Shown: piece after piece, positions 13,860 through 26,465 of the stretch
Layout: every line of letters begins with the position of its first letter
Numbering within the stretch: position 1 is the stretch's first letter
DNA from: Glaucostegus cemiculus
Taxonomy: Eukaryota
Length of the DNA: 64,000 nucleotides
Direction of reading: 5' to 3'
Assembly: GCA_976551045.1 (NCBI GenBank)
Contig: CDPCPM010000054.1
Coordinates: forward strand, 32,178,001-32,242,000
Position numbers and translations under genes: made by a program
Notes under the pieces: model-generated
Told to the model about the DNA's origin: nothing
The model's database searches: none
The model's input: the letters and a program-made list of their open reading frames with translations, nothing else

Positions 13860-14048
13860 AACTTCTGGATCTGTAAAACACTATCTGGTTCATTAATATT
13901 CTTCAGGAAAATATGTGCCATCACTACTCAGTCCACTGATTCTTTACTGCCCTTTGAAATGGTCTAACGGCCAGCAAATTTGCACAATAATTAGGGATTG
14001 GCAATTAATGCCATCTTAATTAGAGACATCCACAACCTATGAACAAAA
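13860..14048 (+). mobile_element. Ancient SINE 3' half with LINE-derived tail
   Basis: ATCTGGTTCATTAAT...ACTGCCCTTTGAAATGGTCTA...AATTAGGGATTGGCAATTAATGCC; the tail matches the copies at about 26410-26460 and 62445-62490. Confidence 0.5.
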
Positions 14049-15549
14049 GGAAACAAACCAACTCTAATGTTGCCCTAATTGTGGTGTTGCTTTACAATTT
14101 ATGGATTGTGATTGTTTGCCAAATAAAACATCTTTGGAAACGCACTCACCAATATGATTTACTGTTGAATCTTTGGAAAGTCTAAGTAAATAAAACTGAA
14201 TTTTCTATTTTTCCTTCACATTTGCAGTATTTTACTGATTAAATGATGTTCTAATGAAGTTAGCTTGGGACAGCAAGTTATTTATGCAAGCACAGGAAAT
14301 TAGAGCACAATCAATATCTTAAATGGGTAAAACAACAGTATTTTACAACTTCCTTTTGATTAAATACCCCACAGTTCTGTGCAAGAGAAAACAAAGTAAT
14401 TTTAGTGTTCCATTTCATATGCTACAGATTGAATTCTGGAACAATGCCAATAAGGCTGCATACCAAAACCATTTAGGTACGTCTGTTAATGTACCATTTT
14501 TATTTCTACAACTATGGTTTACAGAACATATTCAATAGCAAAATTAAAACCAAGACAATTAACGCAATACCAAGCACCATTTCTCTAGATTACCTAGCAT
14601 AGAGGTTTAAAGTATGCCCAAGGTACCCAGTGATCATGGCCTGAAACTCAGAATTTGGGCAGTCTGTGGCAATTGACCTCAAGGCCTTCAACTTCCCCCT
14701 TGGCGGCATTAATCAGCAAACCACAGGAGGGCACCACCTCACAAACTACACACCCTATCACCATCAGGCACCTCCCGCCCAATCTGTGGAAGTCTGCAGT
14801 CCCCACATTGGCAATATTATCTTTAACCCCAAAGGATTGCCAAAGAAAATTAGTTTGTCACCATTATACACAGCATGCACAATAATAACTGCTGAAGAGG
14901 CATTCCAGGGATTACTTTTAACATTCACCACCTGTCGTGTTAATTTGTGGGTTGCAGCGGCTGGCAAAGATCAGGTAACCAGCCCATTACCAATTCTAAT
15001 TGTCATTCCTTTAACAGCCCAGTGGAGTGATCCACAGGAATGAGAAGGTGAAAATTATTTCCACAGCCTCCTAAGGTTTTACTATAAATTTCTACTACCT
15101 TTCCAAGGCTGCATTTTAGATTGCAAATTTAGCTGAGTCCTGGTTTTGGCTTTACTAATGCAAATTAGTGCAAACTGGGATTTCAAAGATCAAGCTTGCA
15201 GTCTGCTTCATTTTCAGTTAGAAACCCAACTTTGTAATTTATACCAGAACCTTAACTTCCATACAAAACAACTGTACTTTTCTCCAACATAGTTATAAAC
15301 CTTGAATTCCTCTGGAAATTCTTCAAGCCCCTCACAGCAGCTTGAGGTGCACTCAATGAATAGCCCAGACTGTATCCTACTTGAATACATATGTTAGACA
15401 TTTCCATTTCTAATCTTCATTGGCACTTGAACAGTTCTCTCGCAATGGAAGCTGGAGCCCTGCATATTTTCTGATTCTCCTTCATTAGATCATCAGTTGC
15501 AGGAGTTCAGCTGCTGATCTCCCAAAATTCTGGGTATGTAAATGGGTAG

Positions 15550-15712
15550 TGGACACAAGCAGATTCACAATATTTAAGTAGCATCTAGACCAGCACTTGA
15601 ATTGCCAAGGCATAGAAGGTAGCAGACCACATGCTGGTAAATGGGATGAGTATACATGGGTACTAGGTCAGTATGGACACAGTGGGCCAGTTGCTGTGCT
15701 CTCTGACTATAA
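15550..15712 (+). mobile_element. CR1 LINE 3' end
   Basis: ATTTAAGTAGCATCTAGAC...ATGCTGGTAAATGGGAT...GCTGTGCTCTCTGACTATA; inverse match to 868-1012. Confidence 0.6.
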
Positions 15713-15839
15713 CTAATTGGAAAGGATTCTGTTTCCTAGAAATCTGACTTTTTCCACCATTTCAAACATTTTCAAAATAACATGAAATTTCCAGTTGTCA
15801 TTAGTTCATTTTTTTTAAAAAGGACAACTTAAAGGAAAT

Positions 15840-16210
15840 ACCTGCAATTATTTAGTTTCCAGAATCTTTGAATGTCTCCAAGGATTTCATCATCCAATAC
15901 ATCAATCAAGTGGTCTGTGACTAGCTTAGGCAAAAATAGCAGCTAAATTGCATGTGACAACAGCTTAGCACCATAGAGTGACCAGATAATTTATTTCCAT
16001 GTTGTTTAAGGGAAAGATATTGGTCAGGCCATCAAAAGAATTCTTCCTCATCTCTGAATAATTCCTCAGATGAATTTCTAGTCTAAAAGACATTCTGATA
16101 CCTCCAACAGTCATGGACCAGATCATTGGCCTATATTACGCTTCATACGCAAGTGGAGTTTACACCTTCCAACTCTAGCTGGGTTCCAGCACGGAACTAT
16201 AACTATCACC
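15840..16210 (-). mobile_element. Deu-domain SINE relic (SacSINE1/AmnSINE1-like)
   Basis: GACCAGATAAT...AAGGGAAAGATATTGGTCAGG...AAAAGACA...ACCTCCAACAGT; collinear with the copy at 30380-30755. Confidence 0.5.
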
Positions 16211-18035
16211 AGAGCAGATTATAGCCACCTAAAACTAAATAATATCAATTTAAAGACTTAAGTATAGTGTGGTTACCACAGTACAGCAGAATCCAACGGC
16301 AGCTATTTTTACAAGTTTTACTGTAGACCATTATTAAAAACAATGCAATCTATGCAGATTCAGATTTATCTGAAATGAATTCATATTTTAGAATCCTGGT
16401 ATTCAAGACTTACATAGCAATTGTTATTGCCTCAGTAGTTTCTTGCAATGAAGGGTGGGGGAAGATGAGTGGTAACAATAAGATTTGTTGGAAAGAGTCT
16501 CAAATTAGGATCACATTATGGTTATGCTCTAGAAATTTTAAAACTACTAAAATTTGCATCTAAAGTCCAATATTCAGAAATTAAATTTCAATTTGTGTAA
16601 AAGCATTGAAAAACTATATAGCCTTCTCATTAAATTCCATTGAATGACAAATTAATAAGTTTAGATGCTGTTACCATCAAAGTGGCCAAACCTCAGATGA
16701 TTTATAATGGATCACTTCATCAGTCTTCATAAACAGGCGTATATAGGTGCAGAAAATGGATCAAATGCAGTACCAACATTTGACTGCATCCTGGTATCTT
16801 GTGATGCTCACCCTAACAAGGCACAAATGTGAACATTAAACAGTGAAAAATAACTCAGCACAGAGAAGCACAAGGCAAGTACAGGAGCTAAGCTAAAGCA
16901 GGAAATGATAATGGGGAAAATGTGAAGCTTTGTAGAAGAGATAGGTTTTTAAAGGTGCCTTAGAGGGGAAGAGATGGAATTTAGGAAGGCTGCTAATGGT
17001 GGCTAATTTGCGACTAGGAGAGGTGGAGAATGGGTGGGATATAGTAGCAAGTCAACTGAAGTAGGGATGGAATTGGAGATTATGGAGGTGGAAGTTCATG
17101 GCCCTGGTAATGGAGAGAACATGGTATTACAAGTTCAGTTGGAGTAAAACAGGATGGCAAGATGCAAATATCCTGGTCTAGCCTGAGGCAGTAACCAGAG
17201 AGGAAGATGCAATTAGGTATAAAATCACAGTTTGTTGTAAGTGTTGTAATTTCTGGATTTGGTCTTCTCAGTCTTCAGTAGAAGTGGTTACATATCATCC
17301 AAAAATGGATGTCAAGCAAACACCACAGGGGCAGTGGAGGAGTTCAGAGACTTAATGGAGAAACAGGGATGGCTTTCAAAAGTACAGATGGAAAAGCTGA
17401 CCCAACCAAAAATATTACCAAAGATAGTGTACATAGGAGGGGAATCAAATTTTATTAAATAGGTTTAATTATGTTACCTCAATTTCCATCAAGATGAAAG
17501 TTAGCACAATTTTCTCTACTAAATTTAATGTTACCAACCTTACGGATTGGACATTATGTTAATATTTACAATGCATACCTTGATATTTGGCTTCCCAGTG
17601 ACAGTTTACTTTATAACTCCAATTAAAAGATCCAAAAACTCAACTTTTTAGTTTTCCATATTTGAGGCAACAGCTATCTTTCTAGTTTTATCAGTGGCTC
17701 AGTGGCAAAACAAAAGGCATCATCACTGCCAAATCTATATCAATTCTTATTCAATGTTAGCTATTATAACAAATGCTTTGCAGTTTGGATTACATTATCC
17801 TGTACTTTAGAAAGGTGTTCACATTTAGGATAAATCAATCAGATAATGAAGAAAACTGCCAGTCACAGTATTTTAGACATGTCTATTAGAAAAAATAATT
17901 ACTGTTACTCATATCTTGCACCACACCATTTGTATGAATTCTCTTTTAGTATACATTCTTTAATATCCTTTCATACAAATTTCTTTTCACATTTTTGAAA
18001 GTTACTTGCTTCACAACAGCAACCATACTCTATAA

Positions 18036-18400
18036 TGGAGAAACAAGAGACTGCAAATGCTGGAATCGGAAGCCAAAAATGAATTGCTGGAGGAAACTCA
18101 GCGGGCCAGGCAGCATCTGTGGAGGGAAATGAACAGTCAACATTTTAAGTCAAGACCCTTCGTTCTAGATTGAAAGAGTAGAGGGCAGATAGCTAGTAAT
18201 AAAGAGGTGAGGGGCAAGTGAAAGAGGTGGAGGAAGAGCTGGGAAGTGATAGGTGGATCCAGGTGAGGAGGGGTGATCAGCAGAGGAAATGGTAACAGAG
18301 GCTGGGAGGTGATAGGTGAAGGTGACAAAGGGCTGTAGATAATGAAACCTGATATGAAAGGAAGTTGGAGCAGGGAAACAAGGGAGGTTGAGGGCAGATA
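18036..18400 (-). mobile_element. Penelope-like element terminal repeat fragment
   Basis: AAACAAGAGACTGCAAATGCTGGAATC...CTGGAGGAAACTCAGCGGGCCAGGCAGCATCTGTGGAGGG then a purine-rich tract; clearly homologous to 25915-26275. Confidence 0.55.
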
Positions 18401-18569
18401 CTTCATAACTTTATGTAAAATGTTATAAAAATTGGATAATTGCATTAAAAGTGACAACTTAGTTGCCAGATTTTAAGATATGTATAACTGTGTGCAGTTC
18501 TCAGGCCTGGAATTAATACCAAGCATAAAAAAAGTTTCATAAGCTTAATTTAAAGGCAAGATGTCCAGC

Positions 18570-18905
18570 CAGCAATTACGTGGAAGAAAATATCCATGTC
18601 ACTTCACAGCAGCATTTACAAACAAAATTTAACACAAAGCCACAAGGAGGTATTAAGGCAGGTGACCAAAAGCTTGGTCTAAGGGGCAAGTTTCAAAGTG
18701 CATCTTAGAGGAGAAAAGGGAGGTAGAAATAAAGGTGGATAGGATAAGGGAAGAAATCTGGAGTTTAAAACTGGACACATGGCAGACAATGCTGGACCAT
18801 TAAAAGCAGGAAATACAAGAGGTCAGAGTTGGAGTGCAAATGTATTTTAAGTGTTGTAGAGGTCAAACTGATTTCTGGCATCGTATCAAGATTTTAAAAT
18901 CAAGG
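18570..18905 (-). mobile_element. L2-type LINE 3' fragment
   Basis: CAAAATTTAACACAAAGCCACAAGGAGGTATTAAGGCAGGTGACCAAAAGCTTGGTC; a related relic lies at about 16790-17000. Confidence 0.45.
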
Positions 18906-18919
18906 CAATATTCAATTGG

Positions 18920-19112
18920 AACAAAACCAGAAAATCCTGGAAACACTCAACAGGTCAGACAGAATTTATGGAAAGAGAAACAGAGTTAATGTTTCAAGGT
19001 GAAGATCCTTTGCCTGTACCAATGAAGAGTCTATAACCCAAATATTAACTGTTTCTCTTGCCTTACCTGCTGAGCATTTCCAGTTTTAGTCTCAGATCTA
19101 GATCTGCAGATT
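18920..19112. mobile_element. Fold-back element made of two inverted Penelope-like terminal repeats
   Basis: Left arm CTGGAAACACTCAACAGGT...AAGAGAAACAGAGTTAATGTTT pairs with right arm AAATATTAACTGTTTCTCTT...ACCTGCTGAGCATTTCCAG. Confidence 0.6.
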
Positions 19113-19194
19113 TTTTTGGTCTACATTCAAATGTTCATTTGGAAGCTGATATGGGTCAATAAATACGGGAATGGATAGTGAATGGGCCTACACT

Positions 19195-19725
19195 CAACTA
19201 GTCCATCGAGTCTATGCCCAGCTCTCAAATAAATCCCATTTTCCCCACCTGCTTATTTCCCTGTAAGCTTTCTTTCTCATATCAGAATCAGATTTATTCT
19301 CACTGACTTACTTGACATGAAATTTGTTTTGCAGCAAAGTACAGTGGAAAGACAAGGTTATTATAAATTCCAAAAAAAGGAATAACGAGGTAGTGTTCAT
19401 GGACTGTTCAGAAATCTGATGGTGGACAGGGAGTTGTTCCTGAATCATTGGAGCTGTCCTCTATGGTGGCGAGGGTTGTGCCCATGATGGGAGCTGGCTG
19501 AGTCCATTAACATTTCTTACCTCTCCTCGATTCTTCTACCAGCCACTTGCAGCAAGGGTAATCTACAGTAGCCAAATAACTCAACAATCTGCACACCTTT
19601 TGGAACTTGGAGGAAAATGGATTACAAGTGGGAAACCTGTGCGCAAACTGCCCCAAACAACACAAGAGGTTGGAATTGGACCTGGATTACTGGACTGCAC
19701 AACATGTAGCATGACCATATCACCC
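19195..19725 (-). mobile_element. V-SINE (HE1-like) interrupted by a Rex1/Babar LINE 3' fragment (about 19280-19505)
   Basis: Flanks align with SINE copies at 24665-24965, 35015-35375 and 52240-52540; the insert ATCAGAATCAGATTTATTCTCACTG...ACAGTGGAA is the reverse complement of the tail at about 55490-55560. Confidence 0.55.
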
Positions 19726-20309
19726 CAAGAGTTAGGAACAGGGAGCAGAATTTTGGATGAACTTAATTTACCTGTGGTGAAAAAAATACAGCCTTGAGTT
19801 AATAAACACCTACTGATCACAAAATAATGATCATTTTCTGATATTCAAAATCACTTAGTATTTATAACATTGTAAACAATATAAATAACTTAGCATGTAC
19901 TGTATGAGCTTGTTGCTCAAGCTGATAAGTGTGGTATGGATTAACTAGAGTAATTCTTCAAATCATTTAAAAATCATTAAATTGCTGAGTGAATCCCTTT
20001 CTGCATTAGCATGCCAATGATTAAATTTCCTTGTTTTTATACAATAGAGTTCAGTTGTGATAAAAGATCAGTGACCTGAAACATGAACTCTTTATCTCAC
20101 TCCTGACTTGAGGATTTCCAGCTCTATTTTTATTTAAGAATTTCCAGTGCTGCATTGAATTAGTTCATTGGGTCAATTAGCACAAAAATATCCTTTGATT
20201 TCAATTACTATGATGATACGCAATTAGTAAAAATGAACCTATAATGGGAGGGTATTTTATAGAAGTAATGCTACCAATAGGTAATCTGCTTATTTACAGC
20301 AAGGTCCTT

Positions 20310-23300
20310 ATTACTTGTACCAAATCATCTTATTTATTTTTACAGTAATTACAAAAAGCAACTCATTACCCCTTATAATCACTTTCTTTTATTGAAAAAC
20401 CTCACCAAGTTACTTGACCTCTCTGTGCCTTCAGAGGTGTTCCATAATACTGAGATATTCATTGTGCTTTGTGTGTTAGATTCTTCATCCTTCATTTTAA
20501 ACTGACAACATAAATGTAACTTTTTTTTAATATAAATTAACCAACAGCAATAGAAGTCTGCAATGTTGCAGTTTTTAATACAGTACAAACAGGTTCTTTT
20601 GGCACAAGGGCTTACATGGATTCTAAAATAATAAAATCCACCTTAAGACACACCATAAGAATATTACAGTATTGCAATAAATCAATGACTCCATATTTGG
20701 AAAGACATTCACATATAAAAAAGAATCACTGACAGTTTCTGTAAAAAGGACACTGGGTTTGTCAATTCTGGCACAGCTGTTGACCAGCCACACTTTAGAG
20801 AGACAGTACAGTTACACCTAAATAGTGGTATAACAGAATAGCTTAGAGCATTGACCCACCATACTCTACATGCTTGGAACAGGACAGCTCTGTACTATAT
20901 ACTGCATTAGATTTGTGCCCACTTGTCAACCAGAACCCATCTGTTTTCTACTAGAGTAGAGGACTTGAAGCTCAAGGTAGAAGTCAATCAAGTGCTTCTA
21001 GTCTGTCCTCATATCCAATTCAAAGCCATCATTGTATAGAATTATCAAAGCATAACACCATTTAATTCAAAGATTCAACATGCAACTGTAGCTACATCTG
21101 GTAACACAAGTAATAGGATGCTACCAGCCCAAGACAATTTCAAATAAAAGGTAATTCATGTGCCATAAAGTAATATTAATTTCACTTCCCTTCAAAATAT
21201 AGGCTCATACTGTATCTGCAGAACGTTGTCTTAAAATGGTATAAATTGATTTTTGTGGAATTATAAAACTGCAGGCGTGTCTGTAGTTTTAACACCATTG
21301 TTTAAATTACTGCTCTCAGAACACCCAAAAGGAAGAAACACAAGTTGTTTAATTTAGACCAGACAGTTCAGCAAAAATAGATATTGGTTTTACTCAGCCG
21401 CCAATATCAACTGACACTGAGCGAGATTCCTTTCTTCTGGAATTAAATTAGAAGTGACTTTGCAGAATTATTACATAACTTACTCTTTTTTTTTAAATCA
21501 ACCAATTCCTAGTGGTGTTATCATTTGAAAGTCAATTGAAAGTATTAAGTTCATTTCTAAAGCAATAACAAAAGTATGAAATATAAAGCTGCAGTTTCCT
21601 TTTCTTTTATCAAATCTTATTCAACTTGCCACATAAAACTGAGTGTAATCTACTTCTTGCAACATGTAGTAGCCCCTGTTTCACAAGCATGCAGTATTGG
21701 GTCAAGGCTCTATTATATTTCCTGAGCCCAGTGTAACAATAAACTTTAAAAACATGAGAAACAGATCTGACCCCAGTACTGAGTGAATGATAGATGACAA
21801 TTATCCAAGACTCATTAGGGGCAGGTAAATCTGTTTTCTCAACTGAGGGCAAGTTTACATGTGACCAGTTGTATATAAAGCGATAATACTTTTGTTAATT
21901 CTGGGCAAAATGTTCATATCAGTATGTAGGCCAGAAGCTGGCATTGTTCCCAACTGTTTTTGTTTAAAAACGCATGGGTGATCCAGAAGTGAGATCTTTC
22001 ATGAATCTGCTGCAGGGCACTTTATATCCAAAAATTCTTGATGGTTATCTCTCCAGTTTCTTCCTCTTGTTGTAGGAGATTCAACTGCCATGGAGTTATT
22101 TCTTTTCAAGTGAAGTTCGTGCTCATCTAGCAATTATCAAGCTCAAGTGCAAAATGTTCTTTTCTGCTCCAACCAAACCTACAGCTTTGCTGAACTATGC
22201 CAAACCACGATTGGGACTGAGAAAATACTGATTCTCAGAAATAATATTTTACATTGTTTTACTGCAGTGTTAGCAAGTCTGTACAATTGTCCTTTAAACA
22301 TTTCTTAAATAAACATTCATTTGTTAATTAAGTCATATATATCTTATCAGCAGGCTTGATCAAGATCTATTCTAGACTACTATTCTAGCAGCGTTCAACA
22401 TTTTGAAGGTTACATTTTTGTTTCTGTTCACCGACTCAGCTCTATGGTTCCTTAACACAGTCGTTATACAGCCATTGTCATGGTTCCTCCTTCTGTTAAG
22501 TCAATTTGCAACAGAGGCACCTCTTAAATAAACCATGTCAATGTTGTCTCAACTAGTCTGCCAATTATTGCAACATCAGTCAACATTTCCAGTAGTTTAC
22601 AGGTTGTGATAGAAAGACAGGTACATGTTCTCAGACAGTTTGATAAATGTTTAAAAATGTGTAGCATTCCAAAACTACCATATTACTTTAGATCTATAAA
22701 GGTATACTGTAAACCATTATATCTTTAAACTTATACAGTAGATAGATTTCTCTCTTACAACCTGTACCCCTCCAATTATTTTTTTTTGAAGTCAACTAGT
22801 TATTGGAGCCTTCAGTGAATGAAAATTCAGACCTTTACAGCACCTATGCTGAAACAAGAGTTTCATTTAAAAAAATGCATGTTATTTTCCAAGGTACAAG
22901 AAGCTTCATAAACCTTAACCAAAAGGTATTGTCTATTATGTCATGGTAAATAACCAATTAACCATTATTTAGGTTTGCTTACACATCTATAAATTACTTA
23001 AATGCACAATAAAAAAATGAATTTGAGTAAAACCCATACTTATTTAGACATGGTGATAATTGATTATTGCTATATAGTACACATCTCAAAAATTGATGTT
23101 TGCCCAATATTGTTAGATTTTGATAAATTTACTTCTGGATTCATGGATGGTTAGTGTATTAGCACTACTCTGAAAAAAAATAATGCATATGTTTTGTAAT
23201 TAACAATAGTCATAACAAACATACACGTTTATTAAATTTAAAGAGACATCATCCCTTTTATCAATTTGCACAAGTGCATCTCAGAATCAAAGTATATACC

Positions 23301-23930
23301 ACATTCAAGCATTTCCAAGCCTTCTTAAAGAACTAAATTAGTGTTCTTAATAAATTGAAAAATTCTTATAAAGAATTTCTTTGGAGCCTATAAATAAATG
23401 CATCTATCAGTGCATCATTTTTCACTGCTATAGTAATGTGACAGCAAAAATGAATTAAACTTGGTTAAGATCCAAACAGCATGTGGATGTTATCACTGAC
23501 AGCTTTTACATAACTGCATAGAGAAAGGGATACTGTCTCCTTGATTCAGTAAAACCTCAGTTTGCATTTAAAAGGCTTCAATTTTTATATCATAAACCTT
23601 TCCAAGTTGTCTAGAGTACATTTTGATGCAGTCTCCTGAAATATTGGGAATTTTAAAAATTAAATGTACAAAATTCTTGACAAGAGCATCAAAGAGAAGA
23701 AATAATATGGGAAAATGTTCATTTATAATTAGGCTTTATGTACTTGCTCCTCCTTAAGTAATGGATATAAAACACTAAATAAAGAGTGCAAAGCACATCT
23801 AATGCCGTTATAGGTTGCTACAGGGAGCCTACAGTATTCCACCACCTTCCACTGGAAAGAAAGGAAGATTTCAATCTGGCATTTATATGTACTGTATCTG
23901 GATGACAATGCTGATGTAGAGGTTCTCGTT
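20310..23930 (-). other. HOMER1: Candidate HOMER1 long-isoform 3'UTR
   Basis: No recognisable repeats, AT-rich; minus-strand AATAAA (TTTATT on +) at 23228-23233, 20388-20393 and 20333-20338; repeat relics resume below about 20150. Confidence 0.55.
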
Positions 23931-24119
23931 TTAGCTACCTTCTATCAACTTTGCCAAATTATCTCGTAATTCTGTTAGTTCAAATATTTTCCCATCTAGA
24001 ATTTCTAGAAGTGTTTTTAAGTTATTGCGGAAGACCCCTTGCTCATTCTGACTCTTCTCTAGACGTTGTTCAAAGTCGGCCAACTGCTCCACCAGATCTC
24101 GATTACGGCTTTCTACTTC
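23931..24119 (-). CDS. HOMER1: HOMER1 exon 9 (last coding exon, leucine zipper), 189 nt
   Basis: ctttccttcctgcag acceptor; EVESRNRDLVEQLADFEQRLEKSQNEQGVFRNNLKTLLEILDGKIFELTELRDNLAKLIEGS*, matching the HOMER1 C-terminus. Confidence 0.97.
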   Translation of the reverse strand, partial: EVESRNRDLVEQLADFEQRLEKSQNEQGVFRNNLKTLLEILDGKIFELTELRDNLAKLIEGS

Positions 24120-24664
24120 CTGCAGGAAGGAAAGATAAAAGAAAAGTTTGAAGAAGTTACTAAAAGGTCTATATTCCAAATATTAGTGCCAAATATTAAT
24201 GTGTGCAAACAGGTAACAAATATGAAATGACACTGACACTTCTAGGTTTGCTAAATGACAACTGTTATAAAATTCCTTTTAACTATAGCTTAAAATGGTT
24301 TACTACGAGAGAACAATGAAGAATGAGGGCAGTTGCAAGGTACTTCCATACGAGAGCTGAAGCAACACGAATATCTTCAGTAATATATCAGCTACACATA
24401 CTTAAGAATTTTTTTGACACATCCTGATGAGAGAAAGTATTGCCACAGTACAACACTTGCACATTCATGCTTACCATAACTACTATTGCATGATTAGCCC
24501 AAGGTGATGGACAGATGTTATGGCTCCTATAGCTTAAGAGGTGGTCACAAACCCACGTCAGATGTTAATCCAGAATTTAGAGCCAGAATTCTTTAAAGCT
24601 GGTGATGATTTCAATGTTTTCTCTTCCATCAACCTCAGCATTCTCATTCATGATTTTAATCTTC

Positions 24665-24965
24665 ATCACAGCATAGCAAGAAGCCATTCATCACATCAAG
24701 TCTGTGCTGGTGATCAGAGCATTTCCATCAGTCTCATTCCCTCATTTATTTCCCTGGAGCCTACTCCTATGTACTATCCCCGATTCTCCTACCACACACC
24801 TAAACCAGTAGCCAATTAACTGACCAGAATGTACTTGGGTAGAAATCGGAGCACCCAAAAGAAACCCACACAATCATACGGAAAAGGATGCAAACTCCAC
24901 AGACAGGACCCGGGGTCAGGATTGAATCCAGATCAGGGGACTGCTAGGAGCTGGAACTGTACCCC
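24665..24965 (-). mobile_element. V-SINE (HE1-like) copy
   Basis: CAGTAGCCAATTAAC...GGAGCACCCAAAAGAAACCCACACAATCATACGG...TGCAAACTCCACAGACAG...GGTCAGGATTGAATCC (antisense B-box). Confidence 0.65.
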
Positions 24966-25914
24966 ACCCCCCCACCCAAATACACACTCCTTAAGATTTC
25001 ATTTTCTTCTTCTTCTTCTCCCCAAGCTCAGTCCCTGACCTCGTCACCTCATCCAATCCTGATCACTGGCATTTATGACCATTTTCTTATATAGCTCATC
25101 TACACCTCCTATGCTCCTCCGAAGCTCACTTTCTTCTGCATCTGCTCTCTCTCCCCCCCCCACCCCCGAGTCACCTTAAATGCACTTTGAAACTTCCAAC
25201 AGCTTAGACTTTACCTCTGCAACTGTTCTGCTCCAATGATACTTATGCCACCATTGAAACCATTAGTTTGTCCCATCCAAGCCATTACCCTTAAATGAAC
25301 TCTGTTCAATACTTCACGTCTCATGAGGTATAGTCCAGAACATTGCCAACACCTTGCTTTTCCCTGTGAATAGTTGGCAGGCGAAGATAATCCCTGATTT
25401 CTGTTCTCCGATACCAATTATTTAATTAAACCACATCCGCTGCTTCTTCCATCTCCAGGAGTGAGCAGCTTGTGGGTTCTTCCCTCATGACTGAAACCAT
25501 GCTTTCAGCTAGCACTCTTCCTCAAAAAGCATTAAAAAAACATGAAAAATACAGATCTATAGGATCATCTTCCCCAAGTACATTGAAAACAGTCAGATGT
25601 AGCTCTTACCATTTACCTTGACAGCTTGTGTCTTTGGATATCGAAAAGTCTTCTCATATCCTAGTCTTGGAGATGCATCTCTTACACGCCTAATATAAAC
25701 TTTGTACACAGTGATTTCACTGCCTCAGACCTTTTCTAAGACTGAACCAAACCATTTGCAATCTCAGCACCCTACTTTACCCTGAGCCAGGTAAGATCTC
25801 CTGCATCACACTGCCTGCCTCAAAACATTATCTAGTAAAAAGATTGTCAAATCTTTGACGTCTCTACATTACACAAATACTGTACTGTCCTGGCTGGCAT
25901 TCAAACCACCGTGG

Positions 25915-26275
25915 AGACAAGACACTGAAGATGCTGGAATCTGAAGCAAAAAACAAGCTGCTGGAGGAATTCAGGAGGTCAGGCAGCATCTATGGATCTA
26001 GAGGAATAGTCGACATTTTGGGTTGAGACCCTGCTTCAGGGCAGTGTGTAGAGGGGCAAGAGCCAGTAATAAAGAGGGGAGGGGACGGATGAGGCAGCGA
26101 CTGGCAGGCAATGGGTGGAACACGGTGAGGAGGGTGATGGGCAGAAGGAGCCAGGAAGGGAGAGGGGAGGGTGAAGTCAGAGGCTGGAAGGTGATAAGTG
26201 GAGATGATGAAAGGCTGCAGATTCTGGAATCTGGTAAGTAAGGTGATGTGGAACCAGATAAGGGAGGGTTGCACT
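25915..26275 (-). mobile_element. Penelope-like element terminal repeat fragment
   Basis: GATGCTGGAATCTGAAGC...CTGGAGGAATTCAGGAGGTCAGGCAGCATC...GTCGACATTTTGGGTTGAGACCCTGCTTCAGG; homologous to 18036-18400. Confidence 0.55.
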
Positions 26276-26294
26276 GACCTGATTGGGAAATATA

Positions 26295-26465
26295 TCACTG
26301 GTCCTTTGTCATCACTGGGTCTAAATCCTAGTTCTCTCCACCCAACAGCACATGGGATTAAATCAACCAGAAGGACAATGATTCAAGTGACTGCTCATAA
26401 CCACCTTTGAGGGCAATTAGAGATGGCCAATAAATGCTGCTTTGCCAGCAATGCTCAATCCCTCT
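26295..26465 (+). mobile_element. LINE 3' tail relic
   Basis: GTCATCACTGGGTCTAAATCC...GAGGGCAATTAGAGATGGCCAATAAATGCTGCTTTGCCAGC; related pieces at about 37640-37735 and 62440-62500. Confidence 0.55.

Noticed and set aside
24890-24960. B-box-like motifs as tRNA genes (also near 35320 and 52475)
   Set aside because: They are degenerate SINE heads and I could not fold a cloverleaf.
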